A stretch of DNA of 64,000 nucleotides from a virus (Duplodnaviria > Caudoviricetes), in IMG/VR virus record IMGVR_UViG_3300044645_001661. One strand, 5' to 3'. The translations under genes were made by a program, and so were the position numbers. The notes under the pieces are model-generated. The model saw nothing but the letters and a program-made list of their open reading frames with translations, was not told where the DNA came from and searched no databases. Of this stretch, positions 37,394-47,387 are shown in pieces; positions within the stretch are counted from its first letter, which is position 1; every line of letters starts with the position of its first letter.

Positions 37394-39808
37394 ATGTTAA
37401 GACATATCGTAACCGACCTTCATGAGGTCTATTTAAAAGAGTTTGAAGCACAACTTGGTAAAACTCCTACTAAACCACAATTGACCAAAAAGGCTCCTCA
37501 AAAAGAAGGTGGAGATAAGTCTGATTCTGGTGGAAATCCTGATGAAAAAATCAAAAAGCAAGCAAGACAACTTGCTTATGATACTCGTTATAAAGCAAGA
37601 AGAGAAGATCTTCCTTTAGAAAGAGCGTGGTCCCAAGTTCTTCAAAATTCATCTGCATCAGCCCCTGTTAAAGAACTTGCTAAAGGTATGGTATTTGGTG
37701 GATCTGTTAAAGAAGAGATCGAAGATAATATTACTGAAGCTGATGATAATAAAAAAGAGATGGTTTTAGTTACTCCTGCAAAGGGATACGGTAAACCATA
37801 TAGAAGATATGCTAGTTTAAAGAAAAAATATGAATTGAGAAAAAATCCACAGATTCAATCTGTTGTTGGTACTTCTTATGGAACTCCTTATGAAGGAGAA
37901 AAGAAAAAAGGAGAACAAACTGCTGCGGCACTTCAACATAAGACTCCAGAAAGGAAGTCTAAAAAAGATTATGATGGTGATGGAAAAGTAGAAAGTGGTG
38001 CAAAAGAATATCGCGGTGCAGTTCATAACGCGATTCAACGCAAAAAAGGTGGAAAACCAGATGGTAAAGATACATCTAATGTAAAAGAGTCATTCTCAAA
38101 TTGGAGAGAAGATCTTATTGAAGTTGCTGATATTTTAGATAATCAAAAAGACCAAAAGAAAATTTCTGAGAAAAAAGTAAACAATAAAATTAAAATCAAT
38201 CCTGATATAAAAGAAACTGTATCTCTATTTGGTGGAGAACTTATTGGTGTTCAGGAAATTACTGAAGATTATTTGATCGAATCTGTTGATATTGCATCTG
38301 AATATTTTTATCAGAATGGATTAAATGAATATGGACTTGATATGGTTATTGAAAAACTTGGACTAGAGAAGTTCACAGATTTTGTTTTTTATATTTCTGA
38401 AGATTATGAATTGACCGAGGCGAGAAGAAGTGGACGTATTGAACCAGTAACAAAGGGTGGTAAATCTGTTGGTTCTCTCAAAGGAGGAGCAAAAACTGCT
38501 GCTATTAATCGCCTTCGTAAAGAGAAGCAAGCAGCAAGATCTGGTGAAGGATCTAATTCTAAATCCTTAGGAATGACTGCTGCTCTTAAAAGTCAATCAT
38601 CTGTTGCTAAAAAAATTACAACTGATAAAGGTAAAAATGCAGTAGAAAAAGCAAAAGAAGCACAAGGTTCTAAAAAACCATTAAAAGATAGAATTGCTAA
38701 GGGTGTTCTTGGTGCTGTTAAGGCGTATCAGCAAGGCATGGAACGCCATAAAGCAGCGACTGCAACAGCTGGTAAAGCAGTAAAGGTTGCTGCGAAGGGT
38801 GCATCTGAGTTTGGTAAAGGTGTTGCATCTGGTGTAAAAACTGTAGGCAAAGCTGCAAAATCTGCACATAGAGTTCTTAATAATTCATATGAAATGGATG
38901 AAGCGGTTTATGGAGGAGTAACACCAGAACCAAAAGATACCAGAATGACTGTCACTGCTGCTGATAAAAAGGCAAATACTAAAGCATGGCAAAATTATAA
39001 ATCTGGTCATAAGGGATATAAAGCGGCGGCACATCTTCAAAATGAAGCAAAGAAGATGAAAGGTGAGGATCCTTGCTGGAAAGGATATGAAATGGTAGGA
39101 ACTAAAAAGAAGGGTGGAAAAGAAGTTCCAAACTGTGTTCCTAAAGAAGAAGTTTCTTTAGATGAAAAAATAACATCTAAAACTTCAAAAGAAAAAATTA
39201 TAAGTGATTTTGTAAAATCTGATGATCCAAAATTTTCTGGCGATACCAAAAAAGAAAGAATTAATAGGGCATTAGGTGCATGGTATGCAATGCATCGTAA
39301 TAAAAGTAAAGTAACTGAAGCAATTTCTACAGTAACTGGTCAGCAAGATAGTGAAGTTTCTAATAAGCAAAAAGATACTGAAAGAAAACAAATGCTTGCT
39401 GCACAACAAAAATTGATGCAGAAAAAGCAAATGCTTCAAAGGCAGCAATTCCAGCAGCAAAAACAAGGTAAATTACCCTTAAATTATGGAGAGAATATTG
39501 AATTAAATGATGAAGTAATTGATGAAAAAACAAGATACGCTAAAGAAACTGGTATTAATTATAGAAAGCAAAAACCACAACCTGAAGGTGGTAGTGCAAA
39601 AGGTGATAAAGCATTCCAAAGCGTATCCAAGATGATGCGTAATATGTCTGGTGGTAGACCTTCTGGACAAAGACCAAAGGTAAAAGGTAAAAAACCACCT
39701 GAGGCTGGTAAATATGGATCTGAGAGAGAATCACCTGCACAAACAGTAGCAAAGCGTCGTGCTTCTGCTCAAAGAGCACAAGATATGATGCATTCTAGAT
39801 TTGACTAA
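37394..39808 (+). CDS. Large Lys/Ala-rich protein, putative multi-module internal head protein
   Basis: 804 aa; basic blocks separated by (I/L/V/M)xE-(A/K) sites. Confidence 0.55.
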   Translation: MLRHIVTDLHEVYLKEFEAQLGKTPTKPQLTKKAPQKEGGDKSDSGGNPDEKIKKQARQLAYDTRYKARREDLPLERAWSQVLQNSSASAPVKELAKGMVFGGSVKEEIEDNITEADDNKKEMVLVTPAKGYGKPYRRYASLKKKYELRKNPQIQSVVGTSYGTPYEGEKKKGEQTAAALQHKTPERKSKKDYDGDGKVESGAKEYRGAVHNAIQRKKGGKPDGKDTSNVKESFSNWREDLIEVADILDNQKDQKKISEKKVNNKIKINPDIKETVSLFGGELIGVQEITEDYLIESVDIASEYFYQNGLNEYGLDMVIEKLGLEKFTDFVFYISEDYELTEARRSGRIEPVTKGGKSVGSLKGGAKTAAINRLRKEKQAARSGEGSNSKSLGMTAALKSQSSVAKKITTDKGKNAVEKAKEAQGSKKPLKDRIAKGVLGAVKAYQQGMERHKAATATAGKAVKVAAKGASEFGKGVASGVKTVGKAAKSAHRVLNNSYEMDEAVYGGVTPEPKDTRMTVTAADKKANTKAWQNYKSGHKGYKAAAHLQNEAKKMKGEDPCWKGYEMVGTKKKGGKEVPNCVPKEEVSLDEKITSKTSKEKIISDFVKSDDPKFSGDTKKERINRALGAWYAMHRNKSKVTEAISTVTGQQDSEVSNKQKDTERKQMLAAQQKLMQKKQMLQRQQFQQQKQGKLPLNYGENIELNDEVIDEKTRYAKETGINYRKQKPQPEGGSAKGDKAFQSVSKMMRNMSGGRPSGQRPKVKGKKPPEAGKYGSERESPAQTVAKRRASAQRAQDMMHSRFD

Positions 39809-39810
39809 AA

Positions 39811-40431
39811 ATGAGTGATACTTTTGATCCCCTTAAAGAATTCTTAAAATTTGTTCTTGATAGTGAAGAACTCATGGAAAAGGCCTCATCTGTTAATGAT
39901 GAGGAATTCCAAGATTATTTAAATGGAGTTCCTGGATTTAAAAAGTTTTACTTATATAATGATGGTGAATTTCAAATTCAAATATTTCAATGTCCTCCAA
40001 ATTTTATTGTCCCTGAACATACCCACCCAAATGTTGATAGTTATGAAGTTTATATGGGTGGGTCTATGTGTTTCAGTCATGGTGGAAATTGGGTATTAGG
40101 TGAATATGAAAAAATAAAGTATTTTAAGCATAATGATTATTACTGTATACGTGTTCGTCCAGAGGATCCTCATGGTGGGGTTATAGGACCAAAAGGTGGG
40201 CGTTTTATGTCTGTCCAAAGATGGATAAACGGAGTAAAACCAAGTTGTGTTGGATCGGATTACACTGGATTTACAGTGTCAGCTGAGCATGTTGGTGATG
40301 TTACTTTTGGCAAAGCTGCTTTTAAAGAAGAAATTTCATATAAGGATGCTGCCAAATTAGAAAAGTTTAAACCAATTTTTGAACTGGATAAAAATGGTGA
40401 AGTATGTGATGTATCACTACCAAAAGATTGA
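39811..40431 (+). CDS. Cupin-like hypothetical protein
   Basis: VPEHTHPNVDSYE...PHGG metal-binding pattern. Confidence 0.55.
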   Translation: MSDTFDPLKEFLKFVLDSEELMEKASSVNDEEFQDYLNGVPGFKKFYLYNDGEFQIQIFQCPPNFIVPEHTHPNVDSYEVYMGGSMCFSHGGNWVLGEYEKIKYFKHNDYYCIRVRPEDPHGGVIGPKGGRFMSVQRWINGVKPSCVGSDYTGFTVSAEHVGDVTFGKAAFKEEISYKDAAKLEKFKPIFELDKNGEVCDVSLPKD

Positions 40432-40483
40432 ATACAAAAACTCATAGATCTAAATATTTACAGATCCATTTTAGGAGATTACC

Positions 40484-40654
40484 ATGGGAGCAATTGTAGA
40501 AGTCTTAAGACCTGTACTGTTTGCATTTTTGGGTTCTTGCCATACCAAAAAATTAGTATGCGATCTTTTAGATCGTTATGTTAAATCCACTGATAATGAT
40601 GTTGATGATCTTATTTCATCAACAGTAAGAACTGCATTAATGAAAAATTGCTGA
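40484..40654 (+). CDS. Small hypothetical protein (56 aa, MGAIVEVLRP...)
   Basis: Read manually; AGGAG RBS and CTAAATA upstream. Confidence 0.65.
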   Translation: MGAIVEVLRPVLFAFLGSCHTKKLVCDLLDRYVKSTDNDVDDLISSTVRTALMKNC

Positions 40655-40675
40655 TTCAAAAATAAAATTTTAACG

Positions 40676-40713
40676 GAGAGACCATAATTAAAGGTCTCTC
40701 TTTTTTATAAATA
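40676..40713 (+). terminator. Terminator fused to a late promoter
   Basis: GAGAGACC...GGTCTCTC plus T6, then TATAAATA at 40706-40713. Confidence 0.8.
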
Positions 40714-40748
40714 CTTTTTAGGAAAATAAATTTTACGGAAGAAAAAAC

Positions 40749-41519
40749 ATGGCACTCTGGGGAAATAATGATGCTAAGTTTTCAGGAGGCACAGTATCTC
40801 TTAATTACAATACCCTCGTTGTAACTGGTGCTGGCACCTCTTTTGGTGCAGTTGGTGCTGCCGCTACTGGTGATGTAATTCGATTTGGAAGTAGAGATAA
40901 CTCTACTTATGTCGGAGATGCTGTAATTGTAAGTATTGCAAGTACGATTCAATTATCTATTGCGTCTACTGCTGGACTAAGTGGTGCTGCTATTTCGGGA
41001 CTTGGATTTGATATTAGTGAACTTCCAAAGTACACTGTTCTTGATAGTAATTATAGTCAGTTTAATACTCAAAACAATACTGCTGAAACAACCGTAGTTG
41101 TTAGAACAAGTGTTGCTGCTACTGCTGCTGTTGGTGTAGCAACCGTCGCAATCGCATCAACTTCTGGAATTATTGCTGGGGACACTTTTGTAAGTGGCAG
41201 TATTTCTAAAGTTATTGTTTCAATTGCTTCCACCACAGTATCCTTTGGATCAACAATTGCATCTTCTCTTGCAAGTGGTGCTGCTGTAAACATCACTAGA
41301 TCTAGTGGTACTTATCGTAAGAGTGTTTATGGTGTTGCCACTGCTGGCCGTGAATCTGCACTAACAACTAAGTATGAATTAACTCATGAAGGATGGGTTG
41401 GAGTTACTACTTATGTTGATAGTACTGGAGAATTGAGAGTTAAAAAAGAAACTCTTGTTGCAATGTCTGGTATTACTACAGGTAATACCCCAATCTATGA
41501 CGGTAACCCATTAGCTTGA
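40749..41519 (+). CDS. Virion structural protein (Ser/Thr/Ala/Gly-rich, fibre-like)
   Basis: MALWGNND start; H.GWVG...R...ETLVAMS C-terminus; late promoter. Confidence 0.65.
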   Translation: MALWGNNDAKFSGGTVSLNYNTLVVTGAGTSFGAVGAAATGDVIRFGSRDNSTYVGDAVIVSIASTIQLSIASTAGLSGAAISGLGFDISELPKYTVLDSNYSQFNTQNNTAETTVVVRTSVAATAAVGVATVAIASTSGIIAGDTFVSGSISKVIVSIASTTVSFGSTIASSLASGAAVNITRSSGTYRKSVYGVATAGRESALTTKYELTHEGWVGVTTYVDSTGELRVKKETLVAMSGITTGNTPIYDGNPLA

Positions 41520-41527
41520 TATAACTT

Positions 41528-41917
41528 ATGCTTTTTGATGAACTGAATGAAAATAATTTTTTATTATTTGCTATTAAGCATTATGAAAATCCTCATGCGG
41601 TAACTAAAGAGGATTTTGATAAAGATTTGAATCATTTTAAATATATAAAAAGATTGCTTAAAAGATATAAAAATACGGGACAATTAAAGTCCCATCTTTT
41701 AATCAATCACTTTATAATTTTATATAATATATTTGGTGATGCCACTACACCAATGTTATTTTATAAAATTGAAAAAGAATTGTGGTCAGTGATGAAAACA
41801 TTTATTTTGTTTTTAAATAGGTTACCAGAGTATCCAAAATGTTATATACATGATATTCCAGTTGATATAACTTGCTTAGGGGAACTTCAAAAAATTTACC
41901 GAAATGAAAAGTGTTGA
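41528..41917 (+). CDS. Conserved T4-like hypothetical protein
   Basis: FDELNENNFLLFAIKHYENP, HFIILYNIFG. Confidence 0.7.
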   Translation: MLFDELNENNFLLFAIKHYENPHAVTKEDFDKDLNHFKYIKRLLKRYKNTGQLKSHLLINHFIILYNIFGDATTPMLFYKIEKELWSVMKTFILFLNRLPEYPKCYIHDIPVDITCLGELQKIYRNEKC

Positions 41918-42116
41918 TAAAGTAATTCAAATACTTAGAGAAATGATGGTTGCTAATGCACCAGGAAGTGGTAGTGGATTTAGCACTAAATCACCAGTAG
42001 AAGGACCAGTTGCTGGTAAAGATAAATTGATTGGAACTGGAGTAAGAAAAAGATATATCTATGGCGGGCAAAAATCCCGTAAAAATTGGATTGATCATTT
42101 TAACAAAAAATCATAG
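41904..42116 (+). CDS. Small hypothetical protein
   Basis: 70-aa ORF; LREMMVANAPG...GPVAGKD. Confidence 0.6.
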   Translation: MKSVDKVIQILREMMVANAPGSGSGFSTKSPVEGPVAGKDKLIGTGVRKRYIYGGQKSRKNWIDHFNKKS

Positions 42117-42126
42117 GATTTTAAAA

Positions 42127-42588
42127 ATGTTTAACCAAATAGGAGTACCTAAAATGTCAGACACAAAATTGGCAGTTTTAGAAGAAAAGTTAAACATTTA
42201 TGAAGAACTTTCTAGAGAGATGCTCTCTAAATTAGAATCTGCAGTAAATAAAATTTCAGAGTCTAATCAAAGAATCGCAAATATTCTCGCTAAACATGAT
42301 GAAAGAATTGATCAGTCTATTAAAACTGATCAGGTGATTATAAAAATGATCGAAGATGTTAAAGCATCAAATACTGTTGAACATCAATCAGTTATTAAAA
42401 GAATAGAAACAGTAGAAGAAACTGTAAGAGAATTATCTCAAACTAAATGGATGTTGGTTGGAATGGGTATATTATCTGGTGTAGTCGCAACGATAATATC
42501 AACTATTTTATCTGGATGGATGAGTGCCCAGGATTATAGTCCAAGAGTTCAAGAGAATGTTATTATTGAACAACCACAAAATAAATAA
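42127..42588 (+). CDS. Coiled-coil protein with C-terminal transmembrane segment
   Basis: Heptad-like region then WMLVGMGILSGVVATIISTIL; start uncertain (42127 or the next ATG). Confidence 0.6.
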   Translation: MFNQIGVPKMSDTKLAVLEEKLNIYEELSREMLSKLESAVNKISESNQRIANILAKHDERIDQSIKTDQVIIKMIEDVKASNTVEHQSVIKRIETVEETVRELSQTKWMLVGMGILSGVVATIISTILSGWMSAQDYSPRVQENVIIEQPQNK

Positions 42589-42728
42589 ATTAGAATTTGG
42601 CATAATTTGCCACATGAAAAAAAATAAACATAAAAAACTGAGTAGTATATATTTTATTCAGAAGATTACAAATTCTGTTGTTAAATGGACTTCTTTAATA
42701 ACGTCTCAAATTAAAGATTCCAAATCTG

Positions 42729-42757
42729 TTGACAACAGGATTAATCAATGATACCAT
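42729..42757 (+). promoter_or_regulatory. Sigma70-type promoter upstream of primase
   Basis: TTGACA-17 nt-TACCAT. Confidence 0.6.
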
Positions 42758-42780
42758 AGGTCATCTGGTAAAATATTAGT

Positions 42781-43770
42781 ATGGACTTTATTGACGTAAA
42801 GTATGTGAATTTATTATCTTCTAGACTAGATAAATTTAAGGTAGTTAAATCTAATCTTTATAATTTTAGGTGTCCTATTTGTGGAGATTCTCAAAAAAAT
42901 AAAAATAAAACAAGAGGGTATCTATATTCAGTAAAAAATAATACTAATTTTAAATGTCATAATTGTGGAATTAGTTTATCGTTTAATAATTTTTTGAAAA
43001 CAATAGATTCGAATCTACATAAACAATATACCTTAGAAAAATTTAAAGAAGGATTCACTGGTAAAAATTTTACAGTAGAAAGTCCAGAATTTGAGTTTAA
43101 ACAACCTTCCTTTAATAAAACAAAAAAACTAGAACTAAATATACCAAAGGCTTCTATAAATTCTTCTGCCAAAATTTATTTGGAGAGGAGAAAAATAAAT
43201 CCAGAAAAATTTTACTACGTAGATAAATTTAAGGAATGGACTAATTCTTTAGTTCAAACATTTAACAAAAATAGTTTGAATTACGATGAACCAAGAATTA
43301 TAATTCCTTTAATTTATCAAAATAAATTAATTGGATTTCAGGGAAGGGCATTAAATTCTTTGAATAAAATTAAATATATCACTATAATGTTAGATGATGA
43401 TGCACCAAAAATTTATGGTCTCGATGAAGTACAAAAAGATAAACCTGTATACATTACAGAAGGTCCATTCGACTCAACTTTCATTCCAAACTCGATTGCT
43501 CTTTGTGGAGCTGATGGTGATGTTAGCAAGTGGGGTATTAGCAATCGCGTGTGGATTTATGATAACGAACCACGTAACACAGACATCGTTAATAGAATCG
43601 AAAAATGCATCAATAATGGAGAAAAAGTAGTTATTTGGCCAAATACCATACGAGATAAAGATATAAATGATATGGTTTTATCTGGACATAACGTTGAAAA
43701 GATGATAAACTTAAATACTTATTGTGGATTAGAAGCAAAACTTAAATTTACAACCTGGAAAAAAATATGA
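42781..43770 (+). CDS. gp61: DNA primase
   Basis: CPICGD...CHNC zinc finger; TOPRIM EGPFD, YDNE, KDIND. Confidence 0.96.
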   Translation: MDFIDVKYVNLLSSRLDKFKVVKSNLYNFRCPICGDSQKNKNKTRGYLYSVKNNTNFKCHNCGISLSFNNFLKTIDSNLHKQYTLEKFKEGFTGKNFTVESPEFEFKQPSFNKTKKLELNIPKASINSSAKIYLERRKINPEKFYYVDKFKEWTNSLVQTFNKNSLNYDEPRIIIPLIYQNKLIGFQGRALNSLNKIKYITIMLDDDAPKIYGLDEVQKDKPVYITEGPFDSTFIPNSIALCGADGDVSKWGISNRVWIYDNEPRNTDIVNRIEKCINNGEKVVIWPNTIRDKDINDMVLSGHNVEKMINLNTYCGLEAKLKFTTWKKI

Positions 43771-46067
43771 GTAATGGATTAAAGGTTAAAAAAAGAAGTG
43801 GATTGATTGAAAGTATTGATCTTGATAAGATGCATGTTATGGTTGAAGAAGCATGTAGAGATCTTGCTGGAGTATCCGCATCACAAGTTGAAATGCAATC
43901 AGGTATTCAATTTTATGATGGAATAACAACTTCCGAGATTCAAGAAATTTTAATTAGAAGTGCTAGTGATCTAATAGATTTGGATCATCCAAACTATCAG
44001 TTTGTCGCTGCTCGTTTATTGCTTTTTTCTGTCAGGAAGCAACTTTATGGTAAAATGAAAGAACTTCCACATCTTGAAGAGCACATTTCTAATTGTGTAA
44101 AACTTGGTGTTTATGATGAAGAAATCTTTAACAAATATTCTAAAGAAGAACTTGATAAAGCTGATTCATATATTGATCATAATCGTGACTATTTGTTCAC
44201 TTATGCTGGTCTACGTCAAGTAGTAGATAAGTATCTTGTGCAAGATAGAAGTGGTGGTGGTGTTTATGAAACTCCACAATTCATGTATATGATGATTTCC
44301 CTGACTATTTTTTCAGAATACTCGAAAGAAACCCGTCTCTCTTATGTAAAGAGGTATTATGACGCAATTTCAAGGCACAAAATCAACATCCCTACCCCCA
44401 TTATGGCGGGCGTTAGGACGCCACTTAGACAATTTGCAAGTTGTGTTCTTGTTGATGTTGATGACACCCTCGATAGCATCGGTAGCAGTGATTTGGCTAT
44501 TATGCGTTATGTTGCACAAAGGGCAGGAATCGGCATTAATGCAGGCAGAATCCGTGGCATCAACAGTAAAATCAGAGGGGGAGAAGTTGCTCATACAGGT
44601 GTTATCCCATTCCTCAAAAAGTTTGAATCAACTGTCCGATGCTGTACACAAAACGGGATTCGCGGTGGAAGTGCTACTGTCCACTTTCCAATCTGGCACC
44701 AAGAAATAGAAGATATTCTAGTATTAAAAAATAATAAAGGAACTGAAGATAATCGTGTCCGTAAGTTAGACTACTCTATCCAAATCTCTAAACTGTTCTA
44801 TGAACGCTTTATCCAAGATGGAGAAATCACACTCTTCTCACCACACGACGTTCCTGGTCTGTATAATGCTTTTGGGACTGATCGATTTGACGATCTGTAT
44901 GTGGATTATGAACGAAATAACTCTGTTCCAAGAAAAACTATCAGAGCTCAAGAACTCATTCTGGATCTTCTAAAAGAGAGGGCAGAGACTGGTCGTATTT
45001 ACATTATGAATATTGACCATTGCAATTCACACTCATCGTTCCTTGATAAGGTAAATATGAGTAATCTTTGTCAAGAAATTACTCTACCTACAGATCCTAT
45101 TCAACACATTGATGGTGCAGGTGAGATTGCACTTTGTATTCTTTCTGCCATTAATGTTGGTAAAGTGAAGTCTGATGAAGAACTTGAAGAACTTTGTGAT
45201 CTTTCTGTTCGTGGATTAGATGAATTGATTGATTATCAGAAGTATCCTGTAATCGCTGCAGAGGTCGCTACAAAGGCACGTAGGTCTCTTGGAATAGGTT
45301 ATATTGGTCTTGCTCATTATCTTGCAAAACTTGGATATAATTATTCTTCACAAGAAGCATGGGATGCAGTTCATGGATTATCAGAGTCGTTCCAATATTA
45401 TCTCTTAAAGGCATCTAATCGTCTTGCTAAAGAAAAGGGTTCTTGTGAATATTTCAATAGAACAAAGTATTCACAAGGAATTCTTCCTATTGATACTTAT
45501 AAAAAAGATGTAGACGAAATTTCTTCTATTCCATTAGAACATGATTGGGAAACTCTTAGAGCATCTATCCTGGAACACGGTCTCAGGCACTCAACACTGT
45601 CTGCACAGATGCCATCGGAGAGCAGTTCCGTTGTGTCAAACGCAACTAATGGAATCGAACCTCCTCGTGGATACCTGTCCATTAAGAAGTCGAAGAAAGG
45701 TCCACTTAAGCAAATTGTTCCTCAATATCAAACTCTCAAGAACAACTATACGCTTCTGTGGGATATGCCTGACAACAATGGTTATATTAATATTGTTGCG
45801 GTGATGCAAAAGTTCTTCGATCAGGCAATCAGTGGTAATTGGTCTTATAATCCAGAAAACTATCCAGACAATGAAGTTCCTGTATCTGTGATGGCAAATG
45901 ATTTCCTTAAGACCTACAAGTACGGTTGGAAGACGAGTTACTATCAAAATACCTATGATATTAAGACTGATGAAATTGAAGATACAACATCTAATTCTAA
46001 ATTAAATGATTTACTTAATGATATTTTAAGTAGTGATGAGGAAGATTGTGAAAGTTGTAAAATCTAA
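43767..46067 (+). CDS. nrdA: Class Ia ribonucleotide reductase alpha subunit
   Basis: ATP cone, FASCVL, SNLCQEI, QMPSESSS, KTSYY; uninterrupted. Confidence 0.98.
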   Translation: MSNGLKVKKRSGLIESIDLDKMHVMVEEACRDLAGVSASQVEMQSGIQFYDGITTSEIQEILIRSASDLIDLDHPNYQFVAARLLLFSVRKQLYGKMKELPHLEEHISNCVKLGVYDEEIFNKYSKEELDKADSYIDHNRDYLFTYAGLRQVVDKYLVQDRSGGGVYETPQFMYMMISLTIFSEYSKETRLSYVKRYYDAISRHKINIPTPIMAGVRTPLRQFASCVLVDVDDTLDSIGSSDLAIMRYVAQRAGIGINAGRIRGINSKIRGGEVAHTGVIPFLKKFESTVRCCTQNGIRGGSATVHFPIWHQEIEDILVLKNNKGTEDNRVRKLDYSIQISKLFYERFIQDGEITLFSPHDVPGLYNAFGTDRFDDLYVDYERNNSVPRKTIRAQELILDLLKERAETGRIYIMNIDHCNSHSSFLDKVNMSNLCQEITLPTDPIQHIDGAGEIALCILSAINVGKVKSDEELEELCDLSVRGLDELIDYQKYPVIAAEVATKARRSLGIGYIGLAHYLAKLGYNYSSQEAWDAVHGLSESFQYYLLKASNRLAKEKGSCEYFNRTKYSQGILPIDTYKKDVDEISSIPLEHDWETLRASILEHGLRHSTLSAQMPSESSSVVSNATNGIEPPRGYLSIKKSKKGPLKQIVPQYQTLKNNYTLLWDMPDNNGYINIVAVMQKFFDQAISGNWSYNPENYPDNEVPVSVMANDFLKTYKYGWKTSYYQNTYDIKTDEIEDTTSNSKLNDLLNDILSSDEEDCESCKI

Positions 46068-46143
46068 TTTTCATAACATTCTTAAAATGTAAATATTATT
46101 GGTGATGGTTAGTACATTATTAGCAAAAACGGAGAAACAAAAA

Positions 46144-47322
46144 ATGCAATTTAAATTCCTGGATACCGAAAATCAAACAAAGATCAAGGGAATGACAGTT
46201 TTTAATACTGATCAAGTTAATACTAAAAAACAACCAATGTTTTTTGGAAAACCACTAGGAATTCAAAGATACGACACATACAAATATCCAATTTTTGATA
46301 AACTAACCACCCAACAACTAGGTTATTTTTGGAGACCTGAAGAGGTTTCTCTTCAGAAAGATCGTGGTGATTATCAAACGCTTCGCCCAGAACAAAAGCA
46401 CATTTATACTTCTAATTTGAAGTATCAAATTATGTTAGATTCTGTTCAAGGTCGTGGACCAGGTATGGCATTTATTCCTTATTGTTCTCTTCCAGAACTT
46501 GAGGCATGTATGGAGGTGTGGGGATTTATGGAGATGATCCATAGTCGCTCATATACTTATATTATTAAAAATGTTTATTCCGATCCATCTGAAGTATTTG
46601 ATTCAATTATAACGGATGACCGTATTTTAGAACGTGCTGCTAGTGTTACTGAATCGTATGATAATTTTATTCAATCTGCACAATTTTATGGGTCATCTGA
46701 AACTTGGAAACATCATCTTGAAGGAGTAAATTACGCAAAAGAGACCGTCAATGATGTCAAACGAAAACTTTACAGAGCAATCGCAAACGTTAATATTCTT
46801 GAAGGTATTCGGTTCTACGTTAGTTTTGCTTGTTCTTTCGCCTTTGGTGAACTTAAGCTTATGGAAGGATCAGCTAAAATTATCTCTCTTATCGCAAGAG
46901 ACGAAAACCAACATTTAGCAATTACACAAAATATTTTAAATAAATGGCGTGATGGTGATGATCCAGAAATGAAGCAGATTGCAAAAGAAGAAGAAGAATG
47001 GGTCTATAAAATGTTTGATCGTGCTGTAAATGAAGAGAAGCGTTGGGCAGATTATCTGTTCAAAGATGGTAGTATGATTGGACTCAATGATAAACTTCTA
47101 CAGCAATATGTTGAATGGATTGCGAATCGTCGTATGAAATCAATTGGTTTGAAACCAGTTTATGATATATCTGCAAATAATAATCCACTTCCTTGGACAC
47201 AACATTGGATTTCTTCTAAAGGGTTACAAGTTGCTCCTCAGGAAACTGAAGTCGAATCTTATGTAGTTGGTGGAATTAAACAAGATCTTAAAAAAGATAC
47301 CTTTAGTGGATTTAAGCTATAA
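46144..47322 (+). CDS. nrdB: Class Ia ribonucleotide reductase beta subunit
   Basis: FWRPEEV, EMIHSRSY, EGIRFY, RDENQH, VAPQE; GGAG RBS favours ATG 46144. Confidence 0.97.
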   Translation: MQFKFLDTENQTKIKGMTVFNTDQVNTKKQPMFFGKPLGIQRYDTYKYPIFDKLTTQQLGYFWRPEEVSLQKDRGDYQTLRPEQKHIYTSNLKYQIMLDSVQGRGPGMAFIPYCSLPELEACMEVWGFMEMIHSRSYTYIIKNVYSDPSEVFDSIITDDRILERAASVTESYDNFIQSAQFYGSSETWKHHLEGVNYAKETVNDVKRKLYRAIANVNILEGIRFYVSFACSFAFGELKLMEGSAKIISLIARDENQHLAITQNILNKWRDGDDPEMKQIAKEEEEWVYKMFDRAVNEEKRWADYLFKDGSMIGLNDKLLQQYVEWIANRRMKSIGLKPVYDISANNNPLPWTQHWISSKGLQVAPQETEVESYVVGGIKQDLKKDTFSGFKL

Positions 47323-47332
47323 TTTTATAATC

Positions 47333-47364
47333 GGGGAGGGTAACCTCCCCTTTTTTTATAAATA
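47333..47364 (+). terminator. Terminator fused to a late promoter
   Basis: GGGGAGG-GTAA-CCTCCCC plus T7, then TATAAATA at 47357-47364. Confidence 0.85.
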
Positions 47365-47387
47365 TAATTAAACACAAAAATAGAAAA

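Noticed and set aside
18567-47322. Introns or inteins in gp43, gp41, nrdA or nrdB
   Set aside because: All four ORFs are continuous and of normal length, with no intein or LAGLIDADG motifs.
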